Numbered from the stretch's first letter, positions 16,206 to 27,521 are shown. The stretch is 64,000 nt of DNA from Chitinophagaceae bacterium (GCA_044221225.1 JBGAPQ010000018.1:10809-74808); one strand, 5' to 3'. Notes: generated by a model from the sequence alone, not told the origin. Numbers and translations: made by a program.

Positions 16206-17312
16206 ATGAGCTCCCAAAACCCCAACCTTGCCAACCAGCAGGCGGGCAGACAATACCATCCTGCCCTGGATGGCATCAGGGGATTTGCGATCTTACTGGT
16301 CGTCGTCTATCACAATTTCGGGTTTATCAATTATTTCTTTTTCGGATGGCTGGGAGTTGATCTATTCTTTGTGCTTTCCGGCTTCCTTATCACTGACATA
16401 CTGTTAAAAACACTGGGCACAAAAAACTATCTCAGGAATTTTTATGTACGAAGGATTTTGAGAATTTTCCCTTTGTATTATTTATGCCTGATTCTTTTCT
16501 TACTTATAATACCCCGTATTACAACCCGGTTTGATGTACAATATTATACGGATAACCAAATCTGGATATGGGCTTACCTTCAAAACTGGCTTTACATTTT
16601 CAAAGATCCGGGGCAATACAATGCACTTAACCATCTCTGGTCTTTAGCGGTAGAAGAGCAATTTTATTTACTCTGGCCAATTGCAATACTTCTCCTGCGT
16701 AAACCTAAATACCTGCTGATTACTATCTCGCTTTTATTAATCGGAGTTCTTGGCCTCCGTCTGTGGATATGGAATAATCAGGTTGCTGACCTTGCCTACT
16801 TCAACCTGTATACATTTACCCGCATTGATGGCATTTGTATTGGAAGTATGATTGCATTATTGCAACGTATTAACCCCCAATTTCTAAAGAATTACACGCC
16901 GGCAATTGTTTTGTTTTTTGCAGCATCAAACTTCATTTTCTTCTTTATTAACCGCAGCTATCAATTCTCATTCCCCTACCTGGCATTGGTGGGGTACACC
17001 ACTTTTGCCATGATATTCGGCCTGTTGGTGAATGAGGCCGTAACAAAAGAAACAAAACTCATCACCCAGATATTTACCAACCCTGTACTCCGGTTTTTTG
17101 GCAAAATTTCATACGGTTTCTACATATTTCACTGGCCAGTTTTTCTGCTTCTGAGCCCGGCCTTATTTTCTTTTGGTTCAAAATATTTTGACGGCACCGC
17201 ACTCTCAATTGCTGTTTCTATTTCCGCAACAATAACTGCTGTCATATTCAGCTGGGTTAGCTACCGGTATTTTGAAAAATATTTCCTTACACTGAAAGAC
17301 AAGTTTATTTAG
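16206..17312 (+). CDS. Acyltransferase family 3 (OafA-like) membrane protein
   Basis: 368 aa, polytopic. LDGIRGFAILLVVVYH and GVDLFFVLSGFLIT are the Acyl_transf_3 hallmarks. Confidence 0.85.
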   Translation: MSSQNPNLANQQAGRQYHPALDGIRGFAILLVVVYHNFGFINYFFFGWLGVDLFFVLSGFLITDILLKTLGTKNYLRNFYVRRILRIFPLYYLCLILFLLIIPRITTRFDVQYYTDNQIWIWAYLQNWLYIFKDPGQYNALNHLWSLAVEEQFYLLWPIAILLLRKPKYLLITISLLLIGVLGLRLWIWNNQVADLAYFNLYTFTRIDGICIGSMIALLQRINPQFLKNYTPAIVLFFAASNFIFFFINRSYQFSFPYLALVGYTTFAMIFGLLVNEAVTKETKLITQIFTNPVLRFFGKISYGFYIFHWPVFLLLSPALFSFGSKYFDGTALSIAVSISATITAVIFSWVSYRYFEKYFLTLKDKFI

Positions 17313-17363
17313 CCGTAAGCATCTTCTTTATCTTTTTTTTGATTGTATCTTTAGCGCATCGCA

Positions 17364-18302
17364 ATGAAAGATCAAATAATTATATTAATACCCGTTTACA
17401 ATGATGGCCAGTCTGCCAAAAGGTTATTAAGTGAACTGGCTTCTGTATTTAAGGATTTTACCACATCTCATTTTTCTGTATTGTTAATAGATGATGGGTC
17501 TACAGAAAAACTGAATATAACCGGAATACCCTCCCTACCGGTTTCCATCCTGCATCTTCAGCGAAACATAGGGCACCAGAAAGCAATTGCAATAGGCATG
17601 GCCTACATAAAAGAAAACAGGGCATGTGAAAAAATCATTGTAATGGACAGTGACGGAGAAGACAGACCTGAAGATGCGGCCCGTCTGCTTAAAGCATCAG
17701 CTGACAATCCGGGAAAGATCATTTTTGCCCGCCGGAAATCCCGGCAGGAAGGAAGCCGGTTTCAGCTTTTTTACAAAATATACAAGTTTGTATTCAGGAT
17801 ACTTACCGGCCGGAAGATAACATTTGGCAATTTTTTACTGATGCCCGCAGTACTGCTTGACCGAGTGGTTTTTTATAGCGAAATCTGGAGCCATATCGCC
17901 GGCGGGATTCTAAAAACAGGACTTCCCTACACCTCCTTAGATACACACCGGGGAAAAAGATATGACGGAAATTCAAAAATGAGTTTCAACTTATTGTTAA
18001 TGCATGGCCTCGGCGCTATCGCCGTATTTATTGAAATTATTGCCAGCCGCTTATTGATTTTTTCTTTACTGCTGATTGGCATCTCGCTAATAATAATTCT
18101 GACAATTCTGGGAATAAAAATTTTTACTGATAAAGCCATCCCCGGCTGGGCATCCACTGTTACATCGGCAATGCTGATTATTCTTTTACAAAGTTTCCTG
18201 CTCTCCTTGTTTACCATCTTCCTGTACTTATCATCACAACGAAAATTTATTCCGGCAAAACACTATAAAGACTATACAGGTGATGTTGAAACTATTCAAT
18301 AA
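17364..18302 (+). CDS. GT2 polyprenyl-phosphate glycosyltransferase (GtrB/CsbB/ArnC-like)
   Basis: 312 aa. It has IPVYNDG, LIDDGSTE and the DxD motif MDSDGED, plus two C-terminal TM helices as in GtrB-type enzymes. Confidence 0.8.
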   Translation: MKDQIIILIPVYNDGQSAKRLLSELASVFKDFTTSHFSVLLIDDGSTEKLNITGIPSLPVSILHLQRNIGHQKAIAIGMAYIKENRACEKIIVMDSDGEDRPEDAARLLKASADNPGKIIFARRKSRQEGSRFQLFYKIYKFVFRILTGRKITFGNFLLMPAVLLDRVVFYSEIWSHIAGGILKTGLPYTSLDTHRGKRYDGNSKMSFNLLLMHGLGAIAVFIEIIASRLLIFSLLLIGISLIIILTILGIKIFTDKAIPGWASTVTSAMLIILLQSFLLSLFTIFLYLSSQRKFIPAKHYKDYTGDVETIQ

Positions 18303-19011
18303 TGAATCCTTCAAATACCAGGGCGATGAGCTGGTGCTTTTCCAACATGCAAAAAACTGGAAAAAATATTTTTCAAAAAAAATAATCCCCTTCATACAAG
18401 GAAATGTACTGGAAGCAGGTGCCGGCCTGGGCGCCACCACACTCCTGCTTAATAATGGCACTGCCCCGAAATGGCTATTACTGGAGCCTGATGAAAAACT
18501 GTGCGAAGAACTCAGAAAAAAAATTACAACCAGGGGGTTGCCTGCCAATTGCCAGCTTCAAACAGGAACAATCAATGCACTGTCAGAAAAATTTGATACG
18601 ATAATTTACATAGACGTCCTTGAGCATATTGAAGCCGACAACGAAGAAATGCTAAGAGCTTCCACCCTTTTAAATTCCGGGGGGCATCTGATTGTACTTT
18701 CTCCTGCTTTCCAGCACTTATTTAATCCTTTTGATAAAGCTATAGGCCATTACAGACGATATACAAAAAAAACATTAAAAAAACTTAGCCCGGCCGGCAT
18801 GAAGGTTGTCAGTTGCAAATACTACGATACTGCTGGCTATCTTGCAGCACTAGTCAACAAAATTTTTCTGCATCAAAAATACCCAACCATCAGGCAAGTA
18901 CTTTTTTGGGACAGATGGATGATCCCTTTGTCAAGGATAACTGATAATTTAATATTTCACAGTTTTGGCAAGAGTATCATTGGCATATGGAGAAAAGAGA
19001 CTGTAAACTAA
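18280..19011 (+). CDS. Class I SAM-dependent methyltransferase
   Basis: 243 aa with motif I VLEAGAGLGATT. The start is GTG 18280 or ATG 18283, overlapping the GT2 stop. Confidence 0.75.
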   Translation: MMLKLFNNESFKYQGDELVLFQHAKNWKKYFSKKIIPFIQGNVLEAGAGLGATTLLLNNGTAPKWLLLEPDEKLCEELRKKITTRGLPANCQLQTGTINALSEKFDTIIYIDVLEHIEADNEEMLRASTLLNSGGHLIVLSPAFQHLFNPFDKAIGHYRRYTKKTLKKLSPAGMKVVSCKYYDTAGYLAALVNKIFLHQKYPTIRQVLFWDRWMIPLSRITDNLIFHSFGKSIIGIWRKETVN

Positions 19012-19041
19012 CCTGCTCTTTGCATAGTTTTGCTATACAAT

Positions 19042-20001
19042 ATGAAAAATAACCTGGAAGGAATTTCTTTTGATGAAGTTAAGAATAGTAAAGGGCTCAG
19101 TTATGCAGCCTACAGAAACACATTACCGGCCCGTTATTCAATCGTATTGTTTGATATCCTGAAAGGGTATTTTTTTCTTACTCTTACAGTTTCCCTTATC
19201 ATTCTTTTAAGTCAGTCTTATTCATTTTTATGGTGGGTTTTGATCCCTGTTGGTGCCATTATCACAGGCTTCATCGCAGCTTACATTGCCTTATTTGCAC
19301 ATGAAGCCAGCCATTACAATATTCATCCTGATAAAAAAATAAATGACCGCCTGTCCGCTATTTTTCTGTGCCTGCCCTTTGGGTTATCGATGAAATCATA
19401 CCGCAAAATACATTGGCAGCATCATATCCATTTGGGCACCCCGGATGATACAGAAATATCCTACTTCAACGGACTAACTGATCTTTTTATACTGGAAACG
19501 TTAACGGGTATTCACCTGTTGAGAACAGTAATGAAAAAAGAAAAGAACGAAGTACTCACCAAAGAGCAGAAACAAGAAAGCCGAAGAATGCTGCTCGCAG
19601 GGTTTCTCTTACATCTAATTATTCTTATACCATCTTTTATTACCGGTAACTGGATTTTTGCATCTGCCTGGATATTGGGGTTTGGAATATTCTTTCCTTT
19701 TTTCGCCACTATCAGGCAAATTCTGGAACACAGAGATGAACTGGCACATCATGCATCTGATTTCACTAAAATTCCGCATGGAAAGATCAGCAGAATTTTT
19801 GTCCATACACTTTTGAGCAGCAGTTTTGGTGCCGCTGGCTTTACACGTCACCTGATCCATCACTGGGACCCGCAGGCATCTTATACCCGTATGAAAGAGA
19901 TCGAAATCTTTTTAAGCCAATGTGAAAAAACTGCAGCCATCATCCAACATTCAAAAACTACTTACACATCTGTATTAAAAAAGTTACTCAAAGCTCCTTG
20001 A
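19042..20001 (+). CDS. Membrane fatty-acid desaturase family protein
   Basis: It has three histidine boxes (HEASHY, HWQHHIH, HHWD) and N-terminal TM helices. I prefer the ATG at 19042 to the TTG at 19030. Confidence 0.8.
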   Translation: MKNNLEGISFDEVKNSKGLSYAAYRNTLPARYSIVLFDILKGYFFLTLTVSLIILLSQSYSFLWWVLIPVGAIITGFIAAYIALFAHEASHYNIHPDKKINDRLSAIFLCLPFGLSMKSYRKIHWQHHIHLGTPDDTEISYFNGLTDLFILETLTGIHLLRTVMKKEKNEVLTKEQKQESRRMLLAGFLLHLIILIPSFITGNWIFASAWILGFGIFFPFFATIRQILEHRDELAHHASDFTKIPHGKISRIFVHTLLSSSFGAAGFTRHLIHHWDPQASYTRMKEIEIFLSQCEKTAAIIQHSKTTYTSVLKKLLKAP

Positions 20002-20933
20002 ACCCGGTTCCCGCATATTGTCCTGTTTGCAAACAACAACACATTTCTGTATGGAGTTTGGCAAAAGACTATGAATATTTTTCTGTACCGGAAGAATTCA
20101 CTTATTATTATTGTCCGGATTGCGGAACCATATTTATACATCCGGTTCCGATTGAACGCCTCAATGAAATTTACCCTTCTAACTATTACTCCTTTGTAAA
20201 TTCATCAAAAAACATTGTAGTAAGAATTAAGGAGTGGCTGGATAAAAGGTTTTTTCGGAAAATTCTCCGGCAGATACCTGCCGGTCAGATTAACGTTCTT
20301 GATGTTGGTGGTGGTACTGGCTGGATACTGGATGTATTAAAAAAAACTGACAGCAGAATCAGCTTTACCCAAATTGCAGATATTGATGAAAATGCCGGGG
20401 CTATTGCAACAACTAATGGCCATGCTTATTTCCAGGGAACGGTAGAAAAATTTGAAACGGATAAAAAGTTTCATCTTATACTGATGCTGAACCTGATTGA
20501 GCATGTTGCTAATCCGCTTGCTGTTTTACAAAAAACAGAATCATTGCTTTACCCCGGAGGAATCATAGTTATAAAAACTCCCAATACCAACAGCCAGGAT
20601 GCCCGGCTTTTCAGGAAAACTTATTGGGGCGGACTCCATTGTCCCCGTCATTGGGAAATTTTTTCTGAAAAAAGTTTTAGAATATTACTGCAATCAACAA
20701 AACTCCGCATTAAAGAATTGAAGTACACACAAGGGGCACCTTTCTGGGCTTTTAGTATTATCGCATCACTTCACCGAAAAAAAATCATTCATATTTCTGC
20801 TCAAAAACCAATTATTTTTCATTGGCTTTTTGCTCCTGTCAGCGGGTTATTTGCCTTTATTGATTTTATCCGGCTGCCGTTTGGCAAAACATCGCAGATG
20901 TTCATTTTACTGACAAAGGAGGAAAAACAGTAA
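19998..20933 (+). CDS. SAM-dependent methyltransferase with an N-terminal Cys4 zinc ribbon
   Basis: 311 aa. The zinc ribbon is CPVC...CPDC and motif I is VLDVGGGTGW. The TTG start overlaps the desaturase stop (TTGA). Confidence 0.7.
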   Translation: MNPVPAYCPVCKQQHISVWSLAKDYEYFSVPEEFTYYYCPDCGTIFIHPVPIERLNEIYPSNYYSFVNSSKNIVVRIKEWLDKRFFRKILRQIPAGQINVLDVGGGTGWILDVLKKTDSRISFTQIADIDENAGAIATTNGHAYFQGTVEKFETDKKFHLILMLNLIEHVANPLAVLQKTESLLYPGGIIVIKTPNTNSQDARLFRKTYWGGLHCPRHWEIFSEKSFRILLQSTKLRIKELKYTQGAPFWAFSIIASLHRKKIIHISAQKPIIFHWLFAPVSGLFAFIDFIRLPFGKTSQMFILLTKEEKQ

Positions 20934-20985
20934 TATGGGTTGCTGAATTTTTATCTATTTTACAGGCATCAGGGCCAGTTATCAC

Positions 20986-23172
20986 ATGATTATAACCAAC
21001 AATACCAGGCATATCAGCGTTCATTACAAAAACTATTTCCTGCTGCTTGTTATTTGTCTCCTTACCTGGTGGCCTTTAACCTTTTCTATTTTCAGTGTAA
21101 AAAATGATGCAATCCATTATTTCCTCCCTTATCGTTTTAGCATTAGCGAAGCCATAAGAAATGGTGAATGGCCATTCTGGAGTCCTTATATTTATTTGGG
21201 CAATCCGGTTTATGGCGACATGCAAAGCGGTGCATGGAATCCAGTTGTATGGTTTTTTTCCTGTATCGGCAGATACAATCTGACGCTTTTCCATTTTGAA
21301 AATCTATTATACATTTTTTTAGCTGGCGCCGGGATGTACAAGCTAACCAACAGGCTGACGGAACATTCTCGTACGTCATTGCTGATTGCCGTAAGTTATA
21401 TGCTGAGTGGCTTTATGCTGAGCGGTCAGCTGATTAACTGGCTGGCATCTGCAGCTTTTTTTCCGTTTGTAATTCATAATTATATTTCATTACTACATAC
21501 CGGTAAATATCATTATACAATCACAACTGCCATTGCTCTGTTCTTCTTATTAACGGCTGGCTATCCTTCTTTTTTTATCACCACAGGATATATCCTGCTC
21601 CTCCTTTTTCTTTTTTACGCAGTGCTTAGCATCAAAAACAAATTAAATAGAAACTGGAAGACTTTCCTGCTGCAACATCTGCTCTTATGTGTTGTTTTTA
21701 TTTTCCTTGCTTTACCCGCAATTATTTCCTATGCAGATCTCTTGCCCTATTATCAAAGGGGGAATGGAGTTTCATACAACGAAGCTGTTATCAACTCCTT
21801 TGAATGGCAGCATTTTTTATCACTTCTCTTACCTGCTTCAATAAGCGCTACAGATATTTCGTCCACCACGGATATCACCTTCAGGAATATCTATCTCGGT
21901 CTGTTTCCCCTGATTATACTTATTGCATTTCCGCCACAGTTAAATAAGAGAAATATCCTTTTGATCTGCCTGGGCATATTTGCCATTCTTTTCAGCCTTG
22001 GTGATATAACTCCGGTCAGAAAATTATGCTACGATTACTTGCCCCTGATGAATACATTCAGGCACCCGGCCCAGGTACGCATTTTTTTAATATTTTCTTT
22101 ACTCTTGCTAACCGCCCCGGGATTGAAACGGATAATAACCGGAGATTCCGATAACATGGCATTATCAAAGACAAAGTTTTCCCTGGTTGTCATAACCTGT
22201 AGCATATTGCTGACTACAATCATTGCGTTAGCCCAACCAGACAGTTCATCTATTTTCAAACTTTTAAAGAATAGTACAGGAATAAGCTCCTTAAAAACTA
22301 CTTTAGACAATCTTCATTTAAATCAGGCTATTGTTATCAGTGCATCCATTCAGCTTTTATTTATTACAGGCTATATCATCTGGCTCAGGAAAAGAAATAG
22401 CTATTTATTAAGCTCATTATGGATAGCCAATTTATTTATTATGGCACAACTGGCTCTACCGGCAACTTTTGTGGGGATGGCAAATCCAAAAGAAATAAAT
22501 GCTTACATCAATAATTCACCAGCTGGATTTCCAACAGAATCCCTCGCAAACACATTAAAAGAAAATAGTGAAGATGCCACAGTGGCTTTTAACCAAATTT
22601 CACTATCCTATTTTTACAATAAAAAAATAGGTATCAGTAAAGTTGCTAATTCTCCGGCTTTTCTTAAGCAACAGGAAGAATTTCTTAACAACTCCGTATT
22701 ATATGATTATACAGCATCAATGCCTGCTGTTTATATTGCCGATCAAACCTTTAACCTGGCAGGCACTAATTCTTTAAAAGAAAGTAATACTTGCCACTTT
22801 GCTGTTACCACATATGTTCTAAACAAAGGCAATAGCTGCGACTCAGCCAGTAAAGTAAGGATTAGTAAATTATCTGCAAACAGATTCGAAATTGAAACAG
22901 AAAGCAGTACACCGGGTTTTTTAGTATTGACGCAAAACTATAATCACCATTGGAAAGTGAAAACAGACAATAAATCTGCGGAAATTTACAAAACTAACCT
23001 GAGTTTTATGGGAACACCCCTGCAGCCGGGCAAACATTTGATTGTATTTGAGTTTAAGCCAGTAAATACAATAGCAGCTATTTGGGTAATGGCCGGCAGT
23101 ATCATACTACTATTAACCGCCTGGCTTATTGTTTTGCTAATAAAAAGAAGAGAATCAATATTTACTAAATGA
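20986..23172 (+). CDS. YfhO-family polytopic membrane glycosyltransferase (GT-C-like)
   Basis: 728 aa. The N-terminus reads NDAIHYFLPYRFSISEAIRNGEWPFWSPYIYLGNPVYGDMQSGAWNP, typical of YfhO. It has more than 10 TM helices and a C-terminal soluble domain followed by a final TM helix. Confidence 0.75.
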   Translation: MIITNNTRHISVHYKNYFLLLVICLLTWWPLTFSIFSVKNDAIHYFLPYRFSISEAIRNGEWPFWSPYIYLGNPVYGDMQSGAWNPVVWFFSCIGRYNLTLFHFENLLYIFLAGAGMYKLTNRLTEHSRTSLLIAVSYMLSGFMLSGQLINWLASAAFFPFVIHNYISLLHTGKYHYTITTAIALFFLLTAGYPSFFITTGYILLLLFLFYAVLSIKNKLNRNWKTFLLQHLLLCVVFIFLALPAIISYADLLPYYQRGNGVSYNEAVINSFEWQHFLSLLLPASISATDISSTTDITFRNIYLGLFPLIILIAFPPQLNKRNILLICLGIFAILFSLGDITPVRKLCYDYLPLMNTFRHPAQVRIFLIFSLLLLTAPGLKRIITGDSDNMALSKTKFSLVVITCSILLTTIIALAQPDSSSIFKLLKNSTGISSLKTTLDNLHLNQAIVISASIQLLFITGYIIWLRKRNSYLLSSLWIANLFIMAQLALPATFVGMANPKEINAYINNSPAGFPTESLANTLKENSEDATVAFNQISLSYFYNKKIGISKVANSPAFLKQQEEFLNNSVLYDYTASMPAVYIADQTFNLAGTNSLKESNTCHFAVTTYVLNKGNSCDSASKVRISKLSANRFEIETESSTPGFLVLTQNYNHHWKVKTDNKSAEIYKTNLSFMGTPLQPGKHLIVFEFKPVNTIAAIWVMAGSIILLLTAWLIVLLIKRRESIFTK

Positions 23173-24746
23173 GCAGGAAAAAGATTATACTATTATCCGT
23201 CCTGCTGGCACTGCCGGTAATTTTTTTTCTGCTGCACCATTATTTTTATCACAGTAAAGAATTACACCCAACTGGCTTTACCGTAGACGAGAACATCCTG
23301 TATATGTCCTACGCCAGGCAGTATGCTGACCAGGAAAATTTTTCGCCTTTTTACTCTAACCCATTTGATGGCAACCCGGAGTCTGCGAGAATTTATTTTC
23401 AGCCGGTTAATTTTCTTTTTGCTGCAACTATTAAAGCCGGAATTGACCCGGGATTAACGCTTTCACTGTTTGGACTGATCATGGCTATACTTTGTATAGC
23501 TACGGGCCTTCTGATAATTCGTCACTTGCTGGATAAACAAAAGAAACAACCATTTATTGCGCTGTTATTTACCTGGGGAGGAGGGCTCACGGCATTTGCA
23601 GGTTTTGGGGCAGCCTTATTTCTTTCCGGTCAACCAGCCTTTTCAATGGATGCCATTTATATTGCTGATCCTGCCAATGGCTGGTGGGGGCTTAACTGGG
23701 GAAGGAACCTGTTTATTCCCATGGAAGCATATTATCACTTCCTTTTCCTGCTGAATATTTACCTGCTACTAAAACAAAAATGGATACCGGCTATTGCCAC
23801 AGTCTTGTTTCTTTCTGTTTCACATCCCTTTACAGGTATTGAATATTTGCTGATAATAAACGGATGGCTTTTTATTGAAAAAATCATGTTCAGGAATAAA
23901 TCAGTTCCTTATTCGTATTGGTCAGGTATTTTTCTTGTTACACTCTTTCATATATGGTACTACCTGGTTTACCTGAACAGTTTTCCGGAACATAAACAAT
24001 TATTCTCCCAATACAGCGCTGGCTGGACCTATAGTCTCCGGATTGCCATACCTGCCTATCTGATTGTAGCAGCTTTGTCATTATTTACAACAAAAATTAA
24101 CAGGGAAAATCACATTCTTTCCGGCTCACATCAGCGACTGTTCTTATGCTGGGCCATTATTGCATTTTTACTTTCCAAGCATGAGTGGTTTATGCCACCT
24201 ATGCAGCCCATCCATTTTACAAGGGGTTATATATGGTCCGGATTATTTCTTTTTTCGCTGCCTGTAATTGTTTGGCTAATAAATGAATCGGTTAAAACAA
24301 GGTTAAAAAAATGGCTCTTCATCCTGTTTGCAGTAATTCTGCTTACTGATAATTTAGTATGGAGCATTAATGTTCTCAGGAAAAAAGAAACAACAGAATG
24401 GGAAGGGCATATAACTGCAGAAACAAGAGAAGTGCTTACTTATTTACAAAATAATAGTTCCGCAAGCGATCTGTTAACGGGTAATGCTGTACTGATCAAT
24501 TATATATCGAATGCGTATAGTTCCACAAATACATGGGCCTCTCATCCTTATAATACACCTGGCATTGAGTTGAGAAAAATTCAAATGGAACGTTTCCTGA
24601 AAACAGGATCAAAACCTGAGGAATGGAAAAACAGGAGGGTGTTACTGCTAATTGATAATAACCCCGGTAATTCAGATGGAATAAATACCGAGCTCAAGAA
24701 AACTAAACTATTTGAAAATACCCGTTACAGCATTTTTAGTCCGTGA
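23169..24746 (+). CDS. Polytopic membrane protein of unknown function (possible second GT-C-like enzyme)
   Basis: 525 aa with many TM helices. Its ATGA overlap with the yfhO-like stop implies co-translation. I recognise no diagnostic motif. Confidence 0.5.
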   Translation: MSRKKIILLSVLLALPVIFFLLHHYFYHSKELHPTGFTVDENILYMSYARQYADQENFSPFYSNPFDGNPESARIYFQPVNFLFAATIKAGIDPGLTLSLFGLIMAILCIATGLLIIRHLLDKQKKQPFIALLFTWGGGLTAFAGFGAALFLSGQPAFSMDAIYIADPANGWWGLNWGRNLFIPMEAYYHFLFLLNIYLLLKQKWIPAIATVLFLSVSHPFTGIEYLLIINGWLFIEKIMFRNKSVPYSYWSGIFLVTLFHIWYYLVYLNSFPEHKQLFSQYSAGWTYSLRIAIPAYLIVAALSLFTTKINRENHILSGSHQRLFLCWAIIAFLLSKHEWFMPPMQPIHFTRGYIWSGLFLFSLPVIVWLINESVKTRLKKWLFILFAVILLTDNLVWSINVLRKKETTEWEGHITAETREVLTYLQNNSSASDLLTGNAVLINYISNAYSSTNTWASHPYNTPGIELRKIQMERFLKTGSKPEEWKNRRVLLLIDNNPGNSDGINTELKKTKLFENTRYSIFSP

Positions 24747-26598
24747 TATTTTTCCCTTTCATAGCCTTGCTAATGGCTTCATCCATTAATCTTTCGGCAT
24801 AAGGCCTGGATATTTCATTTAACTTTTCTATCCCTGCCTGTATTTCATCTTTTGTGCCTGTATTGATTAATGCCGACAACCCATCAATTAATTTACTCGT
24901 TTCCTTAAGCTCCACTTCAGAAAGAAAATTTTTGTTCTTTGTAATAAACACGGTAGTAGTATCAATGATTTGTTTTGCCTCTGTCTGTGCTTCAACCAAT
25001 GCTCTTACTTGTATATCCTCTTTTGCATGAGTGATAGAATCCATCAGCATTTTTTCCACTTCCACATCGGTAAGGCCATATTGCGGTTTAACTTCAATAC
25101 TCTGCTCTGCCCCGCTTCTCAACTCTTTTGCTTTTACCACCAGGATACCATCCGCATTTACTAAAAAAGAAACTTCCACCTTGGGCAGGCCCGCAGGCAT
25201 ACCGGGTATACCTGTCAGATTAAACTCAGCCAATTTGCGGTTATCCTTTACCAAATCTCTTTCTCCCTGAAAAACAGATATCCGCATACTTCCCTGGCCA
25301 TCTTTCTGTGTTGTATACTGTCTTCCCGCTTTTGAAGGAATCTTTGAATTTCGTGGAATCAATACATCCATCAAACCACCCATTGTTTCTATACCTAATG
25401 ATAACGGCGTAATATCCAGCAATAAGAAATCCCTATTGTTTCCGGCCAAAATATCTGCCTGTACTGCAGCCCCCAATGCCACTACTTCATCCGGGTTTAA
25501 GGAATCATGAAGTTTCCTTTTAAAAAATTCACTCACTCTGTTTTTAACAAGCGGTACTCTGGTTGAGCCACCAACCATCACTACTTCATCAATATCACTT
25601 ATTGAAAGTCCGGCATCTTTCAATGCATTACTGCAAGAATTAATGGTTCTGTCAACAAGAGGCTTGATCAGTTCCTCAAACTGTTCTCTTGTAAGGCTTA
25701 CTTCCTGACCTGCTACGGAGCCTGAAAACCCGCCTGCTTTACCAATTGCTTTCTTTGCCTCTTCAGCAACCAGTCTTAATTCTTGTGCAAGGTTTTTATG
25801 AACATTTAATTCCTCTTCAGTAATACCAGATTGTTTTGCCCAGAATTTCACAATTTCTCTGTCAAAATCATCGCCTCCCAAATACGTATCGCCATTAGTT
25901 GATAACACTTCGAAAATTCCGGCATTGATCCGAAGAACAGAAATGTCAAATGTTCCTCCCCCCAGGTCATATACTGCAATAGTCTTTTCTTCGTCCCGGC
26001 TCATCCCCATTCCATAAGCCAAACTTGCAGCAGTTGGTTCATTAACTATTCTCAATACATCAAGACCTGCCAGCTTACCGGCATCACGTGTAGCCTGCCG
26101 TTGTGCATCGTTGAAGTAGGCTGGTACAGTAATAACGGCTTTTGTTACTGGTGTTTTCAGAATATGCTCAGCCCTTGTTTTTAATTCCTTCAAAATATAA
26201 GACGATAATTCAACGGGAGAATAAAACCTGTAACCAACCTGTACCTTCACCAGGCTTTCAGTATTATCATCAATAACCTTATAACCAAAGAAAGAAGAGT
26301 GCTCTTTAATATCAGTAAAGGATTTTCCCATAAGCCTCTTTACAGAAAAAATAGTGTTATGGGGCTCTGTTATAAGAAACTTTTTTGCTTCCTCTCCAAC
26401 CGTTACCTGTCCCTGCTCTCCAAAATGCACAATAGATGGAACCAATGAAACAGCATCATACTCCTTTAAAACAACAGGCCGCTGTGTATCAGGGTGGATG
26501 ATTGCAACAAGGCTGTTAGTAGTGCCAAGGTCAATTCCTACAATCATTTCCTGCTTTTGCAAACTCCCTGTTGCTATATTAATACCAATTTTTGCCAT
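24736..26598 (-). CDS. hscA: Hsp70-family chaperone, HscA-like
   Basis: 620 aa. It has [25 protein letters not shown] and VGGSTRVP ATPase motifs plus an Hsp70 substrate-binding domain. Its size and N-terminus resemble HscA more than DnaK. Confidence 0.8.
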   Translation of the reverse strand: MAKIGINIATGSLQKQEMIVGIDLGTTNSLVAIIHPDTQRPVVLKEYDAVSLVPSIVHFGEQGQVTVGEEAKKFLITEPHNTIFSVKRLMGKSFTDIKEHSSFFGYKVIDDNTESLVKVQVGYRFYSPVELSSYILKELKTRAEHILKTPVTKAVITVPAYFNDAQRQATRDAGKLAGLDVLRIVNEPTAASLAYGMGMSRDEEKTIAVYDLGGGTFDISVLRINAGIFEVLSTNGDTYLGGDDFDREIVKFWAKQSGITEEELNVHKNLAQELRLVAEEAKKAIGKAGGFSGSVAGQEVSLTREQFEELIKPLVDRTINSCSNALKDAGLSISDIDEVVMVGGSTRVPLVKNRVSEFFKRKLHDSLNPDEVVALGAAVQADILAGNNRDFLLLDITPLSLGIETMGGLMDVLIPRNSKIPSKAGRQYTTQKDGQGSMRISVFQGERDLVKDNRKLAEFNLTGIPGMPAGLPKVEVSFLVNADGILVVKAKELRSGAEQSIEVKPQYGLTDVEVEKMLMDSITHAKEDIQVRALVEAQTEAKQIIDTTTVFITKNKNFLSEVELKETSKLIDGLSALINTGTKDEIQAGIEKLNEISRPYAERLMDEAISKAMKGKNITD

Positions 26599-26607
26599 TA
26601 AACTTAG

Positions 26608-27453
26608 TTACTCGGTTACAAATTTATATTTCAAGAATAAAGAATCCGGATAAAATGAATTTATTGTTTCCGGATCGGATAAAATTTCCTCCACCGTTTC
26701 CTCCTTTAGCTGCTCACCCTTTTTTACAAAGAAAAGGTTATAGCCCTGTTTGTTAGCACCCACCAGTTTATATCCTTTCTTTTCTCCCAAACGCTTATAT
26801 GCTTCTACAGAAGCTCCGTTATATATTTTATCAATTGAATGATGATTGTGCCCGCCGTAAGGAACTATTACATTTCTTTTACCAAATTCCACTTTTGCTT
26901 CAATTACCACAATCCGTGGTGCAATTATATCAATCGCTTTCCATATCCAGTAATCATTTCCATCAATATCAATTGATAGCAAACCAATCTCTCCGCTGAT
27001 ACCTGATTGACTTATTAATCTATTTACGTTTTCAGTTAACACCAGTTCATTTACTATCCGGATATTTTGTCTCCTACTAATAAAGGATTGGTAAAAACGT
27101 TTACCTGTTTGCAGTTGTTGTTCATTTTTATCAATAAAAATCCCATCCCACCCGAAGTGAACGGCAAGATTCGCACAGTTACCTGTTATACAATCACCCG
27201 ATCCAATATCTACAAAAACCGGTGGCACATTCCCCAATTTGCTCAATAAGTACAATATTATCCCGTCTTCACCGTGATAAGTAAAGTTATTAAATGAAGC
27301 CCCGGAAAGTTTTGTGATATTGCTTTGACTTATTTCTTCCAGCCATTGGTTCATTTGTGTTTTCCTGGAACGGGTCATTTGCTTCCTGTATATCCAGTAA
27401 GCAAAATTCCTTTTTATCCATTGCTTAAGCGGCTGCATAGTAATAATTAGCAA
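26608..27453 (-). CDS. Hypothetical protein, possibly an FkbM-like SAM methyltransferase fold
   Basis: 281 aa. VDIGSGDCITGNCANLA and SIDIDGNDYW resemble FkbM-type methyltransferases, but the assignment is weak. It lies 9 nt upstream of the Hsp70 gene. Confidence 0.35.
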   Translation of the reverse strand: MLIITMQPLKQWIKRNFAYWIYRKQMTRSRKTQMNQWLEEISQSNITKLSGASFNNFTYHGEDGIILYLLSKLGNVPPVFVDIGSGDCITGNCANLAVHFGWDGIFIDKNEQQLQTGKRFYQSFISRRQNIRIVNELVLTENVNRLISQSGISGEIGLLSIDIDGNDYWIWKAIDIIAPRIVVIEAKVEFGKRNVIVPYGGHNHHSIDKIYNGASVEAYKRLGEKKGYKLVGANKQGYNLFFVKKGEQLKEETVEEILSDPETINSFYPDSLFLKYKFVTE

Positions 27454-27472
27454 AAATCGTTCTTCAATAGCG

Positions 27473-27500
27473 TAAAAAAAAGTCCTGCGAATGCAGGACT
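27473..27500 (-). terminator. Rho-independent terminator after porU
   Basis: The hairpin is agtcctgc-gaat-gcaggact. The minus strand follows it with tttttttt. It lies about 20 nt after the porU stop. Confidence 0.75.
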
Positions 27501-27521
27501 TTCCGTTATCGGGAATTATTT

